Below are positions 8,059 to 16,421 of a stretch of 64,000 bases of DNA, in pieces (the first letter of the stretch is position 1; each line of letters opens with the position of its first letter). The position numbers and the translations under genes are program-made. This stretch comes from a virus: positions 108,752-172,751 of the IMG/VR virus record IMGVR_UViG_3300032053_000002; one strand, written 5' to 3'. The notes beneath the pieces were generated by a model, which saw only the letters and a program-made list of their open reading frames with translations, had not been told where the DNA came from and did not search any database.

Positions 8059-8609
8059 TTTAAATCCTCTTTTTTTATATTATGTTTTTTTATTATTTTA
8101 TTTATTCCTTCAATCGCACTAGCACGAAATACATCGTTTTCCTGTAATTCAGTTAACGCGCTAGATATATAAAAACTTTCGTAATCCGTATCTGTTCTTT
8201 CATCAATTTTACTTAGTAATTTCGACAACGCATTGATAATAAATTCTTTTTTATATTTTATTATAACGGTTATCCATTCCGGAATAGCCATATCATATTT
8301 TTTAAAATGTTCTTTCGCCATCGGCACGTTCTCGATATATAATATATCATTGTTACCCACAACTCTAAAATATATGTTTTCAATTCTGTGTAATAGTAAT
8401 ATAGAATCCGCTACAATTTTTTCTGAATTTCGTAACATTTCAGGAATAGATTTATATTTCGAAAATGGATACGGAACTTTATCCATTTTTACGGCCAAAT
8501 CAAATCTTCCCGTCCCACCCAAAAAGCAATCTTCACTATCCGTAATTTCTACTATTCCCGGAATAGCCGTGCACATTTGCGGTTGGTCTTTAAATCTAAA
8601 CGCTCTCAT
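8055..8609 (-). CDS. paralog-family protein, long form (N-terminal M[KR]A[YF][KR]F...IEI[ST]D motif)
   Basis: 184 aa; N-terminus similar to 15381..15992 and the frameshifted 13046..13562 gene; C-terminal INKIIKKH resembles the LNxIYKKY motif. Confidence 0.55.
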   Translation of the reverse strand: MRAFRFKDQPQMCTAIPGIVEITDSEDCFLGGTGRFDLAVKMDKVPYPFSKYKSIPEMLRNSEKIVADSILLLHRIENIYFRVVGNNDILYIENVPMAKEHFKKYDMAIPEWITVIIKYKKEFIINALSKLLSKIDERTDTDYESFYISSALTELQENDVFRASAIEGINKIIKKHNIKKEDLK

Positions 8610-8730
8610 GTTTGTTTAGAAAACCAATTCTTCTGATTTTTCGTTTTTATTGGGAATCGAATTCAGCATTTCCAATTCTTCTTCCAAAGTTAAATAAAAC
8701 TTGTAATCGTCATTAAACATTTTTATATCC

Positions 8731-9159
8731 TCATTTTTTGTATTTTTTATAAATCGTATTCAATTGTTTAACATCTTCTTCTGTTAGTTTTGTAGATAAA
8801 AACCGAGTTGTACTGATTCTTCCGGTGCCGTCTATTTGAACGAATTTGTCTTTCAACATTTTCACATATTTTTTGTCGGCTCTAAACATCGAATCTCCCA
8901 TTCCACCCGTTGTTTTAGTTAATACTTCATACAAACGATACACCCTCAGCCATATATAAAACTTGTCGCAAATGTATTTAAGTCTTTCCAGTTGATTGCG
9001 AAATGTGTAATTAGTGCTTAACATCTGATTTAACAATATAATGTTAATTCTATTGTCAGGACCGACTTCAATGTCGGTAATTTTTATTTCGTCGACATAA
9101 TAACTATACCTTTGCAGATTTGACGTTGGCGAATTCCTAATTAATGTGGTTTTTTTCAT
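8731..9159 (-). CDS. paralog-family protein (CDKFYIWLRV core, C-terminal LNTIYKKYKK)
   Basis: 142 aa; shared motifs with at least 12 other ORFs in the window. Confidence 0.6.
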   Translation of the reverse strand: MKKTTLIRNSPTSNLQRYSYYVDEIKITDIEVGPDNRINIILLNQMLSTNYTFRNQLERLKYICDKFYIWLRVYRLYEVLTKTTGGMGDSMFRADKKYVKMLKDKFVQIDGTGRISTTRFLSTKLTEEDVKQLNTIYKKYKK

Positions 9160-9164
9160 TCTAT

Positions 9165-9617
9165 CTATCTATACTTTTTATAAATTTCATTTAACTTAAA
9201 AATATCGGCTTCTTCTATACTATTGACTCTAGAAAGAAACCAGGTCATTAACTTTCCACTGTTCATGTTGGCAATACCATCTTTTAATTCTTTTACATAA
9301 TTCAACGTTCCAACTTTAGCATTTTTAGAAATTAAAAGTTCGTATAAAGTATGCAATCGTAGCCATATATAAAACTTATCACACGCATACAAAACTTCTT
9401 CCGTAATTTTTTGTTTATCTCCGCCAAAATGAGAGATCGGAACCGTATAATCTATATTAAATATTTGATTTAGTAATGAAATCCTAATGGCCGGCCCCAG
9501 CGACTTTTCACCCCTATCAAATACTTCGATTTCTGTAATGCAATTCCCGCGTGAATGGTACTCATACACGGCGGATTTTGAATCGATATTAATTTCAACT
9601 AATTTAGATGTTTTCAT
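9165..9617 (-). CDS. paralog-family protein (CDKFYIWLRL, C-terminal LNEIYKKYR)
   Basis: 150 aa. Confidence 0.6.
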   Translation of the reverse strand: MKTSKLVEINIDSKSAVYEYHSRGNCITEIEVFDRGEKSLGPAIRISLLNQIFNIDYTVPISHFGGDKQKITEEVLYACDKFYIWLRLHTLYELLISKNAKVGTLNYVKELKDGIANMNSGKLMTWFLSRVNSIEEADIFKLNEIYKKYR

Positions 9618-9643
9618 TTTTTATCTTATCTTTTAATATAACT

Positions 9644-9705
9644 AATATAATCATTCCCGAACTACCAGTCAAGAATTATTTTTAAATATTGTGATTTTTT
9701 TCACA
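9644..9705 (-). promoter_or_regulatory. sigma70-like promoter TTGACT-N17-TATATT with upstream perfect TGTGA-N6-TCACA palindrome (9690-9705)
   Basis: Reverse complement TTGACT ggtagttcgggaatgat TATATT; palindrome TGTGATTTTTTTCACA. Confidence 0.6.
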
Positions 9706-9720
9706 TACCCGAATCCTTAC

Positions 9721-10236
9721 CTAATATGGGTTCGCACCTTTATACTTTTTATAAATTTCATTTAACTTAAAAATATCGGTTTCAGTTATACGCGCCGCCG
9801 TAATAGTCAGTCTTGTGTTTTTATCTTTAATGAATCGGCTTTTCAATTCATTTACATAACGCAAATCGTTCGCAAATGAAGACAAATCCACACTTACTCC
9901 GATAGTTATTAAATCGGCGCCAACATAATATCTTTCTATCATCTTGTAAAGTTTGTCTAATCGTCGCCAGATATAATATCTATTACACGTTATCAAGCAA
10001 TTATCCTGATTTGAAACCGCAAAAGTATAGTCGTGTAATTCCAAACGTTCATTTAATTCAGGAATCAATATTTCGTAGCAACTCATTGTTTCTCGGATGT
10101 CAACGCGAAAAAGTTGATATTTACCCATACGATATAGATATACTCGCCAGGTACCGAACAACGCTCCAGTTATTATCTGATAAGATTTGTCAGTATATAA
10201 TAAACTTCTATTGCCGATTTTTATTATACTTCGCAT
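9721..10236 (-). CDS. paralog-family protein (CNRYYIWRRL, C-terminal LNEIYKKYKG)
   Basis: 171 aa. Confidence 0.6.
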   Translation of the reverse strand: MRSIIKIGNRSLLYTDKSYQIITGALFGTWRVYLYRMGKYQLFRVDIRETMSCYEILIPELNERLELHDYTFAVSNQDNCLITCNRYYIWRRLDKLYKMIERYYVGADLITIGVSVDLSSFANDLRYVNELKSRFIKDKNTRLTITAARITETDIFKLNEIYKKYKGANPY

Positions 10237-10720
10237 ATATTCCGTTTAATTTTTTAATAGTTGATTTGCATATTTTTGGAGTGTGTCCTGCAAAATTAGT
10301 ATAAATTGCGCCCTTAGAAATATGAGAAAACCCCACTTTTAGTTTGGAAACATATCTTTTGTCTTTCAAATCAAAATTTTTCGCGGAAGAATTTATTAGC
10401 TCAAAAAGATTCTGTAGCCTTTTCCAAAAATAAAATCTATTACATATTCTTAAACACTCCGCAAGACACTCCGACGGTATTGCAAAAAAATCATTGTTGG
10501 GATCAGAAGAAAGCGTCGGCACGTATATGGTATAGTCAGGTATCGATAAATATTTTTGGAGTTCCATTATTTGTATTTTATTAAACGTATGACAAATATC
10601 AACTCTCGAAATAAGTACATCGTTTACTTTATAATGATATACGTACCAGAGATCATCCAGGGTATCAAACACGGTAGTAATATAGTCCAATTTTCTATTA
10701 TTAATTTCGGAGTTTTGCAT
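10208..10720 (-). CDS. paralog-family protein (CNRFYFWKRL, C-terminal LNGIYAKYNK)
   Basis: 170 aa; overlaps neighbours by a few codons (operon-like). Confidence 0.6.
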   Translation of the reverse strand: MQNSEINNRKLDYITTVFDTLDDLWYVYHYKVNDVLISRVDICHTFNKIQIMELQKYLSIPDYTIYVPTLSSDPNNDFFAIPSECLAECLRICNRFYFWKRLQNLFELINSSAKNFDLKDKRYVSKLKVGFSHISKGAIYTNFAGHTPKICKSTIKKLNGIYAKYNKNRQ

Positions 10721-11195
10721 ATATTTTATTCAGTTTTATAATGTCTTCTTTAGTTAAAATCGGCCCGGTCCGGGCTTGAAAATCGGTGAATAATATCCTA
10801 TTTTTATCCTGTATGGCGAATTTATGCATTAAAGATACGACATATTGCTGCATTTTCGCCATTTCATCCGAACCATCTTTACTATAAACGGTTGCGAGAT
10901 AAAGGTTATTTAACCTGTACCATATATAAAATCTATTGCATATTTTTAAGTATTCGTCCATTGATTGTGCGACTTTTTTTACTCGTATACAATAATCTGG
11001 TCTGTCATAATATTCATTTAAGAAAATTATTTTTATCAATCCCCCAGGATCTAAAGAAATGTAAACATTAGTTATGGCGACATCATCTACTTTATATTCA
11101 TATACGTCCCACTGGGTAATCGTGGCGACCTTTCCCGTAGAATCTTTCACTATTTCACTACGACCACCAACTTTTGTTAAAGTTTTATTTTCCAT
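10701..11195 (-). CDS. paralog-family protein (CNRFYIWYRL, C-terminal LNKIYAKLRN)
   Basis: 164 aa. Confidence 0.6.
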   Translation of the reverse strand: MENKTLTKVGGRSEIVKDSTGKVATITQWDVYEYKVDDVAITNVYISLDPGGLIKIIFLNEYYDRPDYCIRVKKVAQSMDEYLKICNRFYIWYRLNNLYLATVYSKDGSDEMAKMQQYVVSLMHKFAIQDKNRILFTDFQARTGPILTKEDIIKLNKIYAKLRN

Positions 11196-11697
11196 ACGGC
11201 GGTCTATATATTTTATAAAGTTTATTTAAAAGTTTAACTTCGTTGGGGACTAGTCCCAATTTTGAGTGGTGTTCTATGTGGTACGGAATTTTATTCAATA
11301 TTCCACCGCGCGGACATTTCACAAAAAGGTGTTTTTTTAAATTTTCAACATACCGGAGGTTCTCTTCGTGTATTCCAAGTTCGTGTCTGGTTAGTTCATT
11401 AACTACACTATAATTAGACATCATAACAGACAATAATTGTAGTCTATACCAAATATAAAATACATCACACGCGACGTTTAAATTACCGGTAATAGTTTGA
11501 TGTGGTCTCGGAGTTATTTTGATACTATAACTTTGGTCGCCTATAATATCGTTTAATATCTGGATTCGAATTACCCAACTATTGTTGTGATTTTGGCTCA
11601 AATAAACACGAGTTAGAAAGTTGCCGTTAGTATCGTAATTGTACTCGAATAAATCTTCGTCTCGCTCGTGTCTAATATAAACTAATTTTTTATCCAT
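11185..11697 (-). CDS. paralog-family protein (CDVFYIWYRL, C-terminal LNKLYKIYRP)
   Basis: 170 aa. Confidence 0.6.
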   Translation of the reverse strand: MDKKLVYIRHERDEDLFEYNYDTNGNFLTRVYLSQNHNNSWVIRIQILNDIIGDQSYSIKITPRPHQTITGNLNVACDVFYIWYRLQLLSVMMSNYSVVNELTRHELGIHEENLRYVENLKKHLFVKCPRGGILNKIPYHIEHHSKLGLVPNEVKLLNKLYKIYRPPYGK

Positions 11698-11774
11698 TTT
11701 TTCCCGCGGGTTTCAATTATAAAATAAAATCTTGCTTGCCGTGCAAATCTTGCCCGGACACTTTTTGCAACCAA

Positions 11775-11890
11775 TATATTTCGCAACCATATTTATTAAC
11801 TTCTCGCTCGCAACCATATTTATTAACTTCTCGCTCGCAACCATATTTATTAACTTCTCGCACGCAACCACATTCATTAATCTTTCGTTA
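11775..11890. repeat. 27-bp direct tandem repeat, 3 near-perfect + 1 degenerate copy (cgcaaccatatttattaacttctcgct)
   Basis: Visible by eye; the track ORF 11713..11895 (MVASEKLIN x3) is produced by this repeat. Confidence 0.8.
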
Positions 11891-12044
11891 CGCAACGAAC
11901 ACTTTTCTTTAATCTAATCTCAATATCTATTAATTTTTCGCATAGTGGGCACTTAAATGGAAACCAATTCCAATTCATCATCGTATTTTTTTCACCGCAG
12001 TGAGGACACGTAAAATCGGCCGTTATCTGTTTAATTTTAATCAT
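11877..12044 (-). CDS. small zinc-ribbon protein, 55 aa (CPHCG...CPLCE)
   Basis: ATG at 12044, TAA at 11877-11879; two CxxC pairs; below the 60-aa track cutoff. Confidence 0.3.
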   Translation of the reverse strand: MIKIKQITADFTCPHCGEKNTMMNWNWFPFKCPLCEKLIDIEIRLKKSVRCVTKD

Positions 12045-12207
12045 AATAACACCTCAATCAATAATATCCAAAGACTAACTAAAATAATATTTAAAATCGC
12101 TCCCATAGGATTAAACTTGAATTTTTCAGTATACCAACCGTATCCTTATGCTGCCGTACACGCTCCAATAGTAAAACATCCCGCAAAAATCAAAAGTCGG
12201 TTCATAT

Positions 12208-12825
12208 TTAACCCTTGCTAAAAAACTCTTTCATTAAATAACTTATTATTAATTTACTCTTATTCTTAATATGCAATTTAAGTTCGGAGTGTACTTCTAA
12301 ACCAATCCTAATACGCAAACATTCAACTGGCGACAAACATTTCTTTGCTAAAGTCATTATATAATTACGTGCCGCTTCTTCAGTATGATTCTCATTTTCT
12401 TTTATACAAAAATGATGCCCTACCTCATGCGCAAGAGTATATATATCAAAATCTTTTATCAATTCAATACATGGATATTCTGGTATTGTTTTTATGGCAA
12501 ACCCTTTCGGAAATCCAAACGTCTTTTCAATATCTCTGATTTGATTATATAATTCTTTTCCTTTATCATTCAAATAAACATATCTCCCACATGCGGCTTG
12601 AAGCATCGTTTCTTTATCGGCTAAAGGCGATATATTATTTAGTTTATATATATCGTCATAAAGTTTTATTGGGATGCCTTCCTGTTCGCAAATCCCTAAC
12701 AGCTTGCTTCTGAATTTCTCTAATACCTTTTTTTCTTCTTTCCTGTTTAACTCAAAGAAAGAAATTTTCATTGAAAATATTAAACACGCCCATGTAATTA
12801 TGGCGCAAATAATAATAATTATCAT
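12208..12825 (-). CDS. membrane-anchored ImmA/IrrE-like zinc metallopeptidase (HEVGHH)
   Basis: 205 aa; N-terminal TM helix; HExxH motif AHEVGHHF followed by conserved Glu-containing region. Confidence 0.45.
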   Translation of the reverse strand: MIIIIICAIITWACLIFSMKISFFELNRKEEKKVLEKFRSKLLGICEQEGIPIKLYDDIYKLNNISPLADKETMLQAACGRYVYLNDKGKELYNQIRDIEKTFGFPKGFAIKTIPEYPCIELIKDFDIYTLAHEVGHHFCIKENENHTEEAARNYIMTLAKKCLSPVECLRIRIGLEVHSELKLHIKNKSKLIISYLMKEFFSKG

Positions 12826-13064
12826 AATATTTTCTCCGGAAACAAAATTTTGCGTCGTCTTTCGAGTTCCTTTTTGGTATCAGACGGAATCAGTTGCACT
12901 TTCATTACTCTGTCGCCGTTTCTCCAGCATGCTTTCCACGATTTATTAGCAGATTTTGCGTGTTCTTTTACGGCCTGTCGCCGAGTGAGCCACGTTTTTG
13001 GGTAGAATCCATCTTTACCGATGATTGCCCACATAATGATTTTTTTCATGTTGTGTCTTTCCAT
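12822..13064 (-). CDS. hypothetical basic protein, 80 aa
   Basis: ORF track. Confidence 0.45.
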   Translation of the reverse strand: MERHNMKKIIMWAIIGKDGFYPKTWLTRRQAVKEHAKSANKSWKACWRNGDRVMKVQLIPSDTKKELERRRKILFPEKIL

Positions 13065-13562
13065 ATTTTATTTAATTCCTTAATATCATTTAGAGATAGT
13101 TTTCCGTTATTCATAAAGTTTTTATATATATTTATAGTATCAGCTGAGCGAATCGTTTCAAATAACTTTGCAAATTTATCGTAAATACGATTGAACTTTT
13201 CAATGTGTTCTATATTAGATATATGAAATTCGACTGCAGAATGATTTGTCTTTGTTTGATATGCTATTTCATCTTTAATTTCTTTAATGTCCGAATATAC
13301 AAATATATAATTTGTGTTCCGATTTCCATAAAAAAATGTTTTTTCGATTCGGTATAGGTCATTTGTATCATTTACGAATACTAAATGCGGATGATGATAT
13401 ATTTCGCGTATTAACGAAAAATGCTGAAATACATCGGGAAGTTTTGTTTTTTTTATATCCGATAGGTAAATATACGGGTTCATCGCATTCTGTAACTTCT
13501 AATATTCCGGGAATGGTGTGTATATACTTATACTTTTTTGTAAATTCAAATGTATTTAACAT
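13046..13562 (-). pseudogene. paralog-family gene interrupted by a frameshift in an A8 homopolymer (track ORFs 13368..13562 and 13046..13483 are its two halves)
   Basis: N-terminal half MLNTFEF...IPGILEVTECDEP matches the N-termini of 8055 and 15381; downstream half continues the family sequence and ends with LNDIKELNKIWKDTT; the frame change falls at the tttttttt/aaaaaaaa run near 13448-13455. Confidence 0.45.
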
Positions 13563-13587
13563 AATTTATTTACTTTTCAATTTAAAG

Positions 13588-13770
13588 TTAGCCGTCAATC
13601 GTATTGTCGACATATCCGGTTACTTTATGCCAATATAACCAAATATTCGCCTCTTCTGCTGATTTGAACTTTGGAGCACCTGGAAACGCTTCTTCGTTAT
13701 TATCGTTTCGTGTTAGTTGCCCAGTTTTTAAGTTCAGAGTGTAATAGTAATTTTCTTCTTGATTTTCCAT
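13588..13770 (-). CDS. hypothetical protein, 60 aa
   Basis: ORF track; two tandem consensus promoters upstream. Confidence 0.4.
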   Translation of the reverse strand: MENQEENYYYTLNLKTGQLTRNDNNEEAFPGAPKFKSAEEANIWLYWHKVTGYVDNTIDG

Positions 13771-13797
13771 GATTTTCTTTCTTTTTATTTATAATTA

Positions 13798-13826
13798 AAT
13801 ATAACAAATTTAATACTCAAAGTCAA
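13798..13826 (-). promoter_or_regulatory. sigma70-like promoter TTGACT-N17-TATATT (a second, weaker copy lies near 13880-13895)
   Basis: Reverse complement TTGACT ttgagtattaaatttgt TATATT. Confidence 0.55.
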
Positions 13827-14031
13827 CTGTTATTTTTTGTTGTAAATTACTATAATAGTAACGGCCGTTATTTCAAATATAATACTTAAAGTCAACTGTT
13901 ATTTGTTATAAACTATTATAATGATGACGGTTACCTGTTATACTGCTAATAGGTTATCGTTAGGGTATTGTATTCTCTATTTATTATTAGTGTATTATTA
14001 TTTTAAATTTTAATTTAGGGGAGAAAATATT

Positions 14032-14727
14032 ATGATTAATAAACCGATTATTTATAATGGTTCGCTTATATATGCAGATTTATCAAATCTGGATAATATT
14101 ATTGCAGCTCCAAATTTTACCGGTAGCAGTTGCAGTACCGGCAGCGTCAATGCTATACGAGTAACTCTCAGTCACATGGAACGATTTACATTTCCCACGG
14201 CTGTTATGGATATTCCGGTATCGTGGTCGTTGCTCGAACAAACTATTACGTTAGGCACATTTCTATCGCAAAGTTTGTGGCATAATAACATTATACAGGC
14301 TGCATATCCAGGGCATCAGATGCATATGAGACTTCAATTTAAAAGTTCTACTGACATGAGCGATTATTCGCCAACAATGTCTTTTTGCGTCGAACCTTAT
14401 CCTGTAATGACGTTAACTGATCCCACCCCCGGAGAAGAAATCCCTTCAATTGCTAGTTGGGGTCAGGTAGGATTTAGTTGGGGAGCCTTTTCGGCCAGAT
14501 TTGGTCATTGCAGCGGAAGTATATGGTTTCGTTATCAGATTCAGGTGGATAATAATAGTGATTTTTCTTCTCCACTGTTTAATGAGTACTGGACTACTCC
14601 GTATACTAATGTTAAATCTATAGCACTTGGAACTTATTATTGGAGAGTTCGGGCTTTAAAAGAATACGCCGCGGTTTGGTATTGCCAACCGTGGTCTTCA
14701 GTACGAAGTTTTACGGTTATTCCTTAA
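14032..14727 (+). CDS. hypothetical protein, 231 aa, plus strand, with fibronectin-III-like C-terminal segment (GTYYWRVRA)
   Basis: GGGGAG RBS 8 nt upstream; composition noticeably less AT-rich than neighbours; followed by a strong terminator. Confidence 0.6.
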   Translation: MINKPIIYNGSLIYADLSNLDNIIAAPNFTGSSCSTGSVNAIRVTLSHMERFTFPTAVMDIPVSWSLLEQTITLGTFLSQSLWHNNIIQAAYPGHQMHMRLQFKSSTDMSDYSPTMSFCVEPYPVMTLTDPTPGEEIPSIASWGQVGFSWGAFSARFGHCSGSIWFRYQIQVDNNSDFSSPLFNEYWTTPYTNVKSIALGTYYWRVRALKEYAAVWYCQPWSSVRSFTVIP

Positions 14728-14737
14728 ATTTGGAATT

Positions 14738-14776
14738 AAAGATCCCCGCTTTTTTTCACGCGGGGATTTTTGTTTT
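14738..14776. terminator. rho-independent terminator, probably bidirectional (ATCCCCGC-loop-GCGGGGAT with flanking T/A runs)
   Basis: 8-bp GC-rich inverted repeat followed by TTTTTG on plus strand and preceded by AAAG. Confidence 0.65.
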
Positions 14777-14884
14777 CTTGGACAGATTTTCCGAAAAATT
14801 TTTAACTCCTTGACTTGAATTGTCGCCAGATGTGCCTCGTAAAATTCGTTTTTTATTAATAACTGCAAAATATGTTTATTGATA

Positions 14885-15075
14885 ACTGCGAAATACTTCA
14901 GGCGAAGTTATCTCTGCAAAATACTTCAGGCGTCCGTTCCGATGACAGAAGAATGATGTCAGCAAAATACTTCAAATGATGTCAGCAAAATACTTCAGGC
15001 GTCCGTTCCGATGACAGAAGAATGATGTCAGCAAAATACTTCAGGCGTCCGTTCCGATGACAGAAGAATGTGCGA
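14885..15075. repeat. iteron-like array: 17-mer GCAAAATACTTCAGGCG x5 within ~46-bp units x3
   Basis: Direct inspection; ORF-free region. Confidence 0.75.
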
Positions 15076-15380
15076 TACCCCTTGACCCGCTCGAGCGCAT
15101 TGCGCATCTCGGACTTCCTGACTTTCTACGCCTGAGACACACCCACCAAGACCACAAGACAGGCCATGTGAAACCCTTCACAAACTGCCATACCCGCACG
15201 ACTACCCCCGCACTAAAAGGCACTCGCCGCTCGTCTACTGGCACGTCCAGAAAACGTTCTCTGATGCGGGTTGACATCGTTATACCGCTCCAGCTCCGCT
15301 CCAGCTCCGCTCCAAATAGATATGGAGATTTTTTGCCCTGGAAAATAACTTACAGTTTGCAAAGAGTTATATAGTGGGAA

Positions 15381-15992
15381 TTATAAGTTAATTTTTTTTA
15401 TAGTGACATTGATTACAGGTGTTTGACGTAATAGCATATGATGATACTTATTCAGTGAGTCAATAGAGTTTTGTGTTAGTGTATCATCACTGATAAGTTT
15501 GTCGCGGATTTTTAGTATACTTTCCAATATATGAGGGCGAGTCCGTGATATGTCGACCGTAGCCGCTACGGTCGCGACGTTTTTATAACCGCTATCTATA
15601 TTCTTGTATAATTTTTCTATCTTAGCTAATAGATATATTTTCTTTATATAGCGAGTCGCCGCGGGGTGTTCCTTAATTATATGTTTAGTGAAATTGGGTC
15701 TATCGAAAAAGAATACAGTTTCCACATTTTCAATCAGCTTGAAATACTTGGGATCATCTTTAAGGATGCCGCCGTTCGCAATACGATATATTTCTTCATG
15801 AGTACCTGTTAACTTTATTCTACTCGCCCCTTCTTTAATCTCGGCGACGGTATTAAATACTTTCAGATTTTTCGGGAATGGAACTTCATATGATTCACCG
15901 ACGTTAAAATGCGGTTCCCCATCTGAAATCTCTATCATTCCCACCGTAGTAAAACGATAGCCGCTATCATTTATAAACTTATATGCCTTCAT
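15381..15992 (-). CDS. paralog-family protein, long form (N-terminal MKAYKF...IEISDGEPHF)
   Basis: 203 aa; N-terminus paralogous to 8055..8609. Confidence 0.55.
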   Translation of the reverse strand: MKAYKFINDSGYRFTTVGMIEISDGEPHFNVGESYEVPFPKNLKVFNTVAEIKEGASRIKLTGTHEEIYRIANGGILKDDPKYFKLIENVETVFFFDRPNFTKHIIKEHPAATRYIKKIYLLAKIEKLYKNIDSGYKNVATVAATVDISRTRPHILESILKIRDKLISDDTLTQNSIDSLNKYHHMLLRQTPVINVTIKKINL

Positions 15993-16416
15993 TGTTATAC
16001 TTTCTATTTATCTTGTTCAACTTTTTAACTTCGTCGCCAGTCAATCTAGACCGATTAAACTTGGTGCCTTGTATTGTACCAGGCGCCAATAAGTCACGCG
16101 ACGCAGGAGTTTTGCCAGCAGTAGAGAGAACTATAAATCTCGCTATAATTTCACCCACATAATCATGCGCCATCTTTGATCCAGGTCTGGTTGTATCATT
16201 CATACGTCCCAATGTAGCGTACAGTTTCAGTAATCTCCGATAGATATTATACCCTTTATACAAACTTATAAACAGCTGCTTAGCAGTAGTTAAATTCCGC
16301 GATGCATAGGTTTTTGGTATATCTTTTAATGTTAGTTCCGATTCCACCAATGAATATGTCGCCAGTACTTCACCGTTTTCCACGTACAGGTATTTAATCC
16401 ATTTTCCAGGTAACAT
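15979..16416 (-). CDS. paralog-family protein (C-terminal LNKINRKYNNEGI)
   Basis: 145 aa. Confidence 0.55.
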   Translation of the reverse strand: MLPGKWIKYLYVENGEVLATYSLVESELTLKDIPKTYASRNLTTAKQLFISLYKGYNIYRRLLKLYATLGRMNDTTRPGSKMAHDYVGEIIARFIVLSTAGKTPASRDLLAPGTIQGTKFNRSRLTGDEVKKLNKINRKYNNEGI

Positions 16417-16421
16417 ATTCC

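Noticed and set aside
11713-11917. ORFs 11713..11895 (-) and 11732..11917 (+) reading MVASEKLIN repeats
   Set aside because: Generated by the 27-bp tandem repeat on both strands; treated as non-coding repeat.
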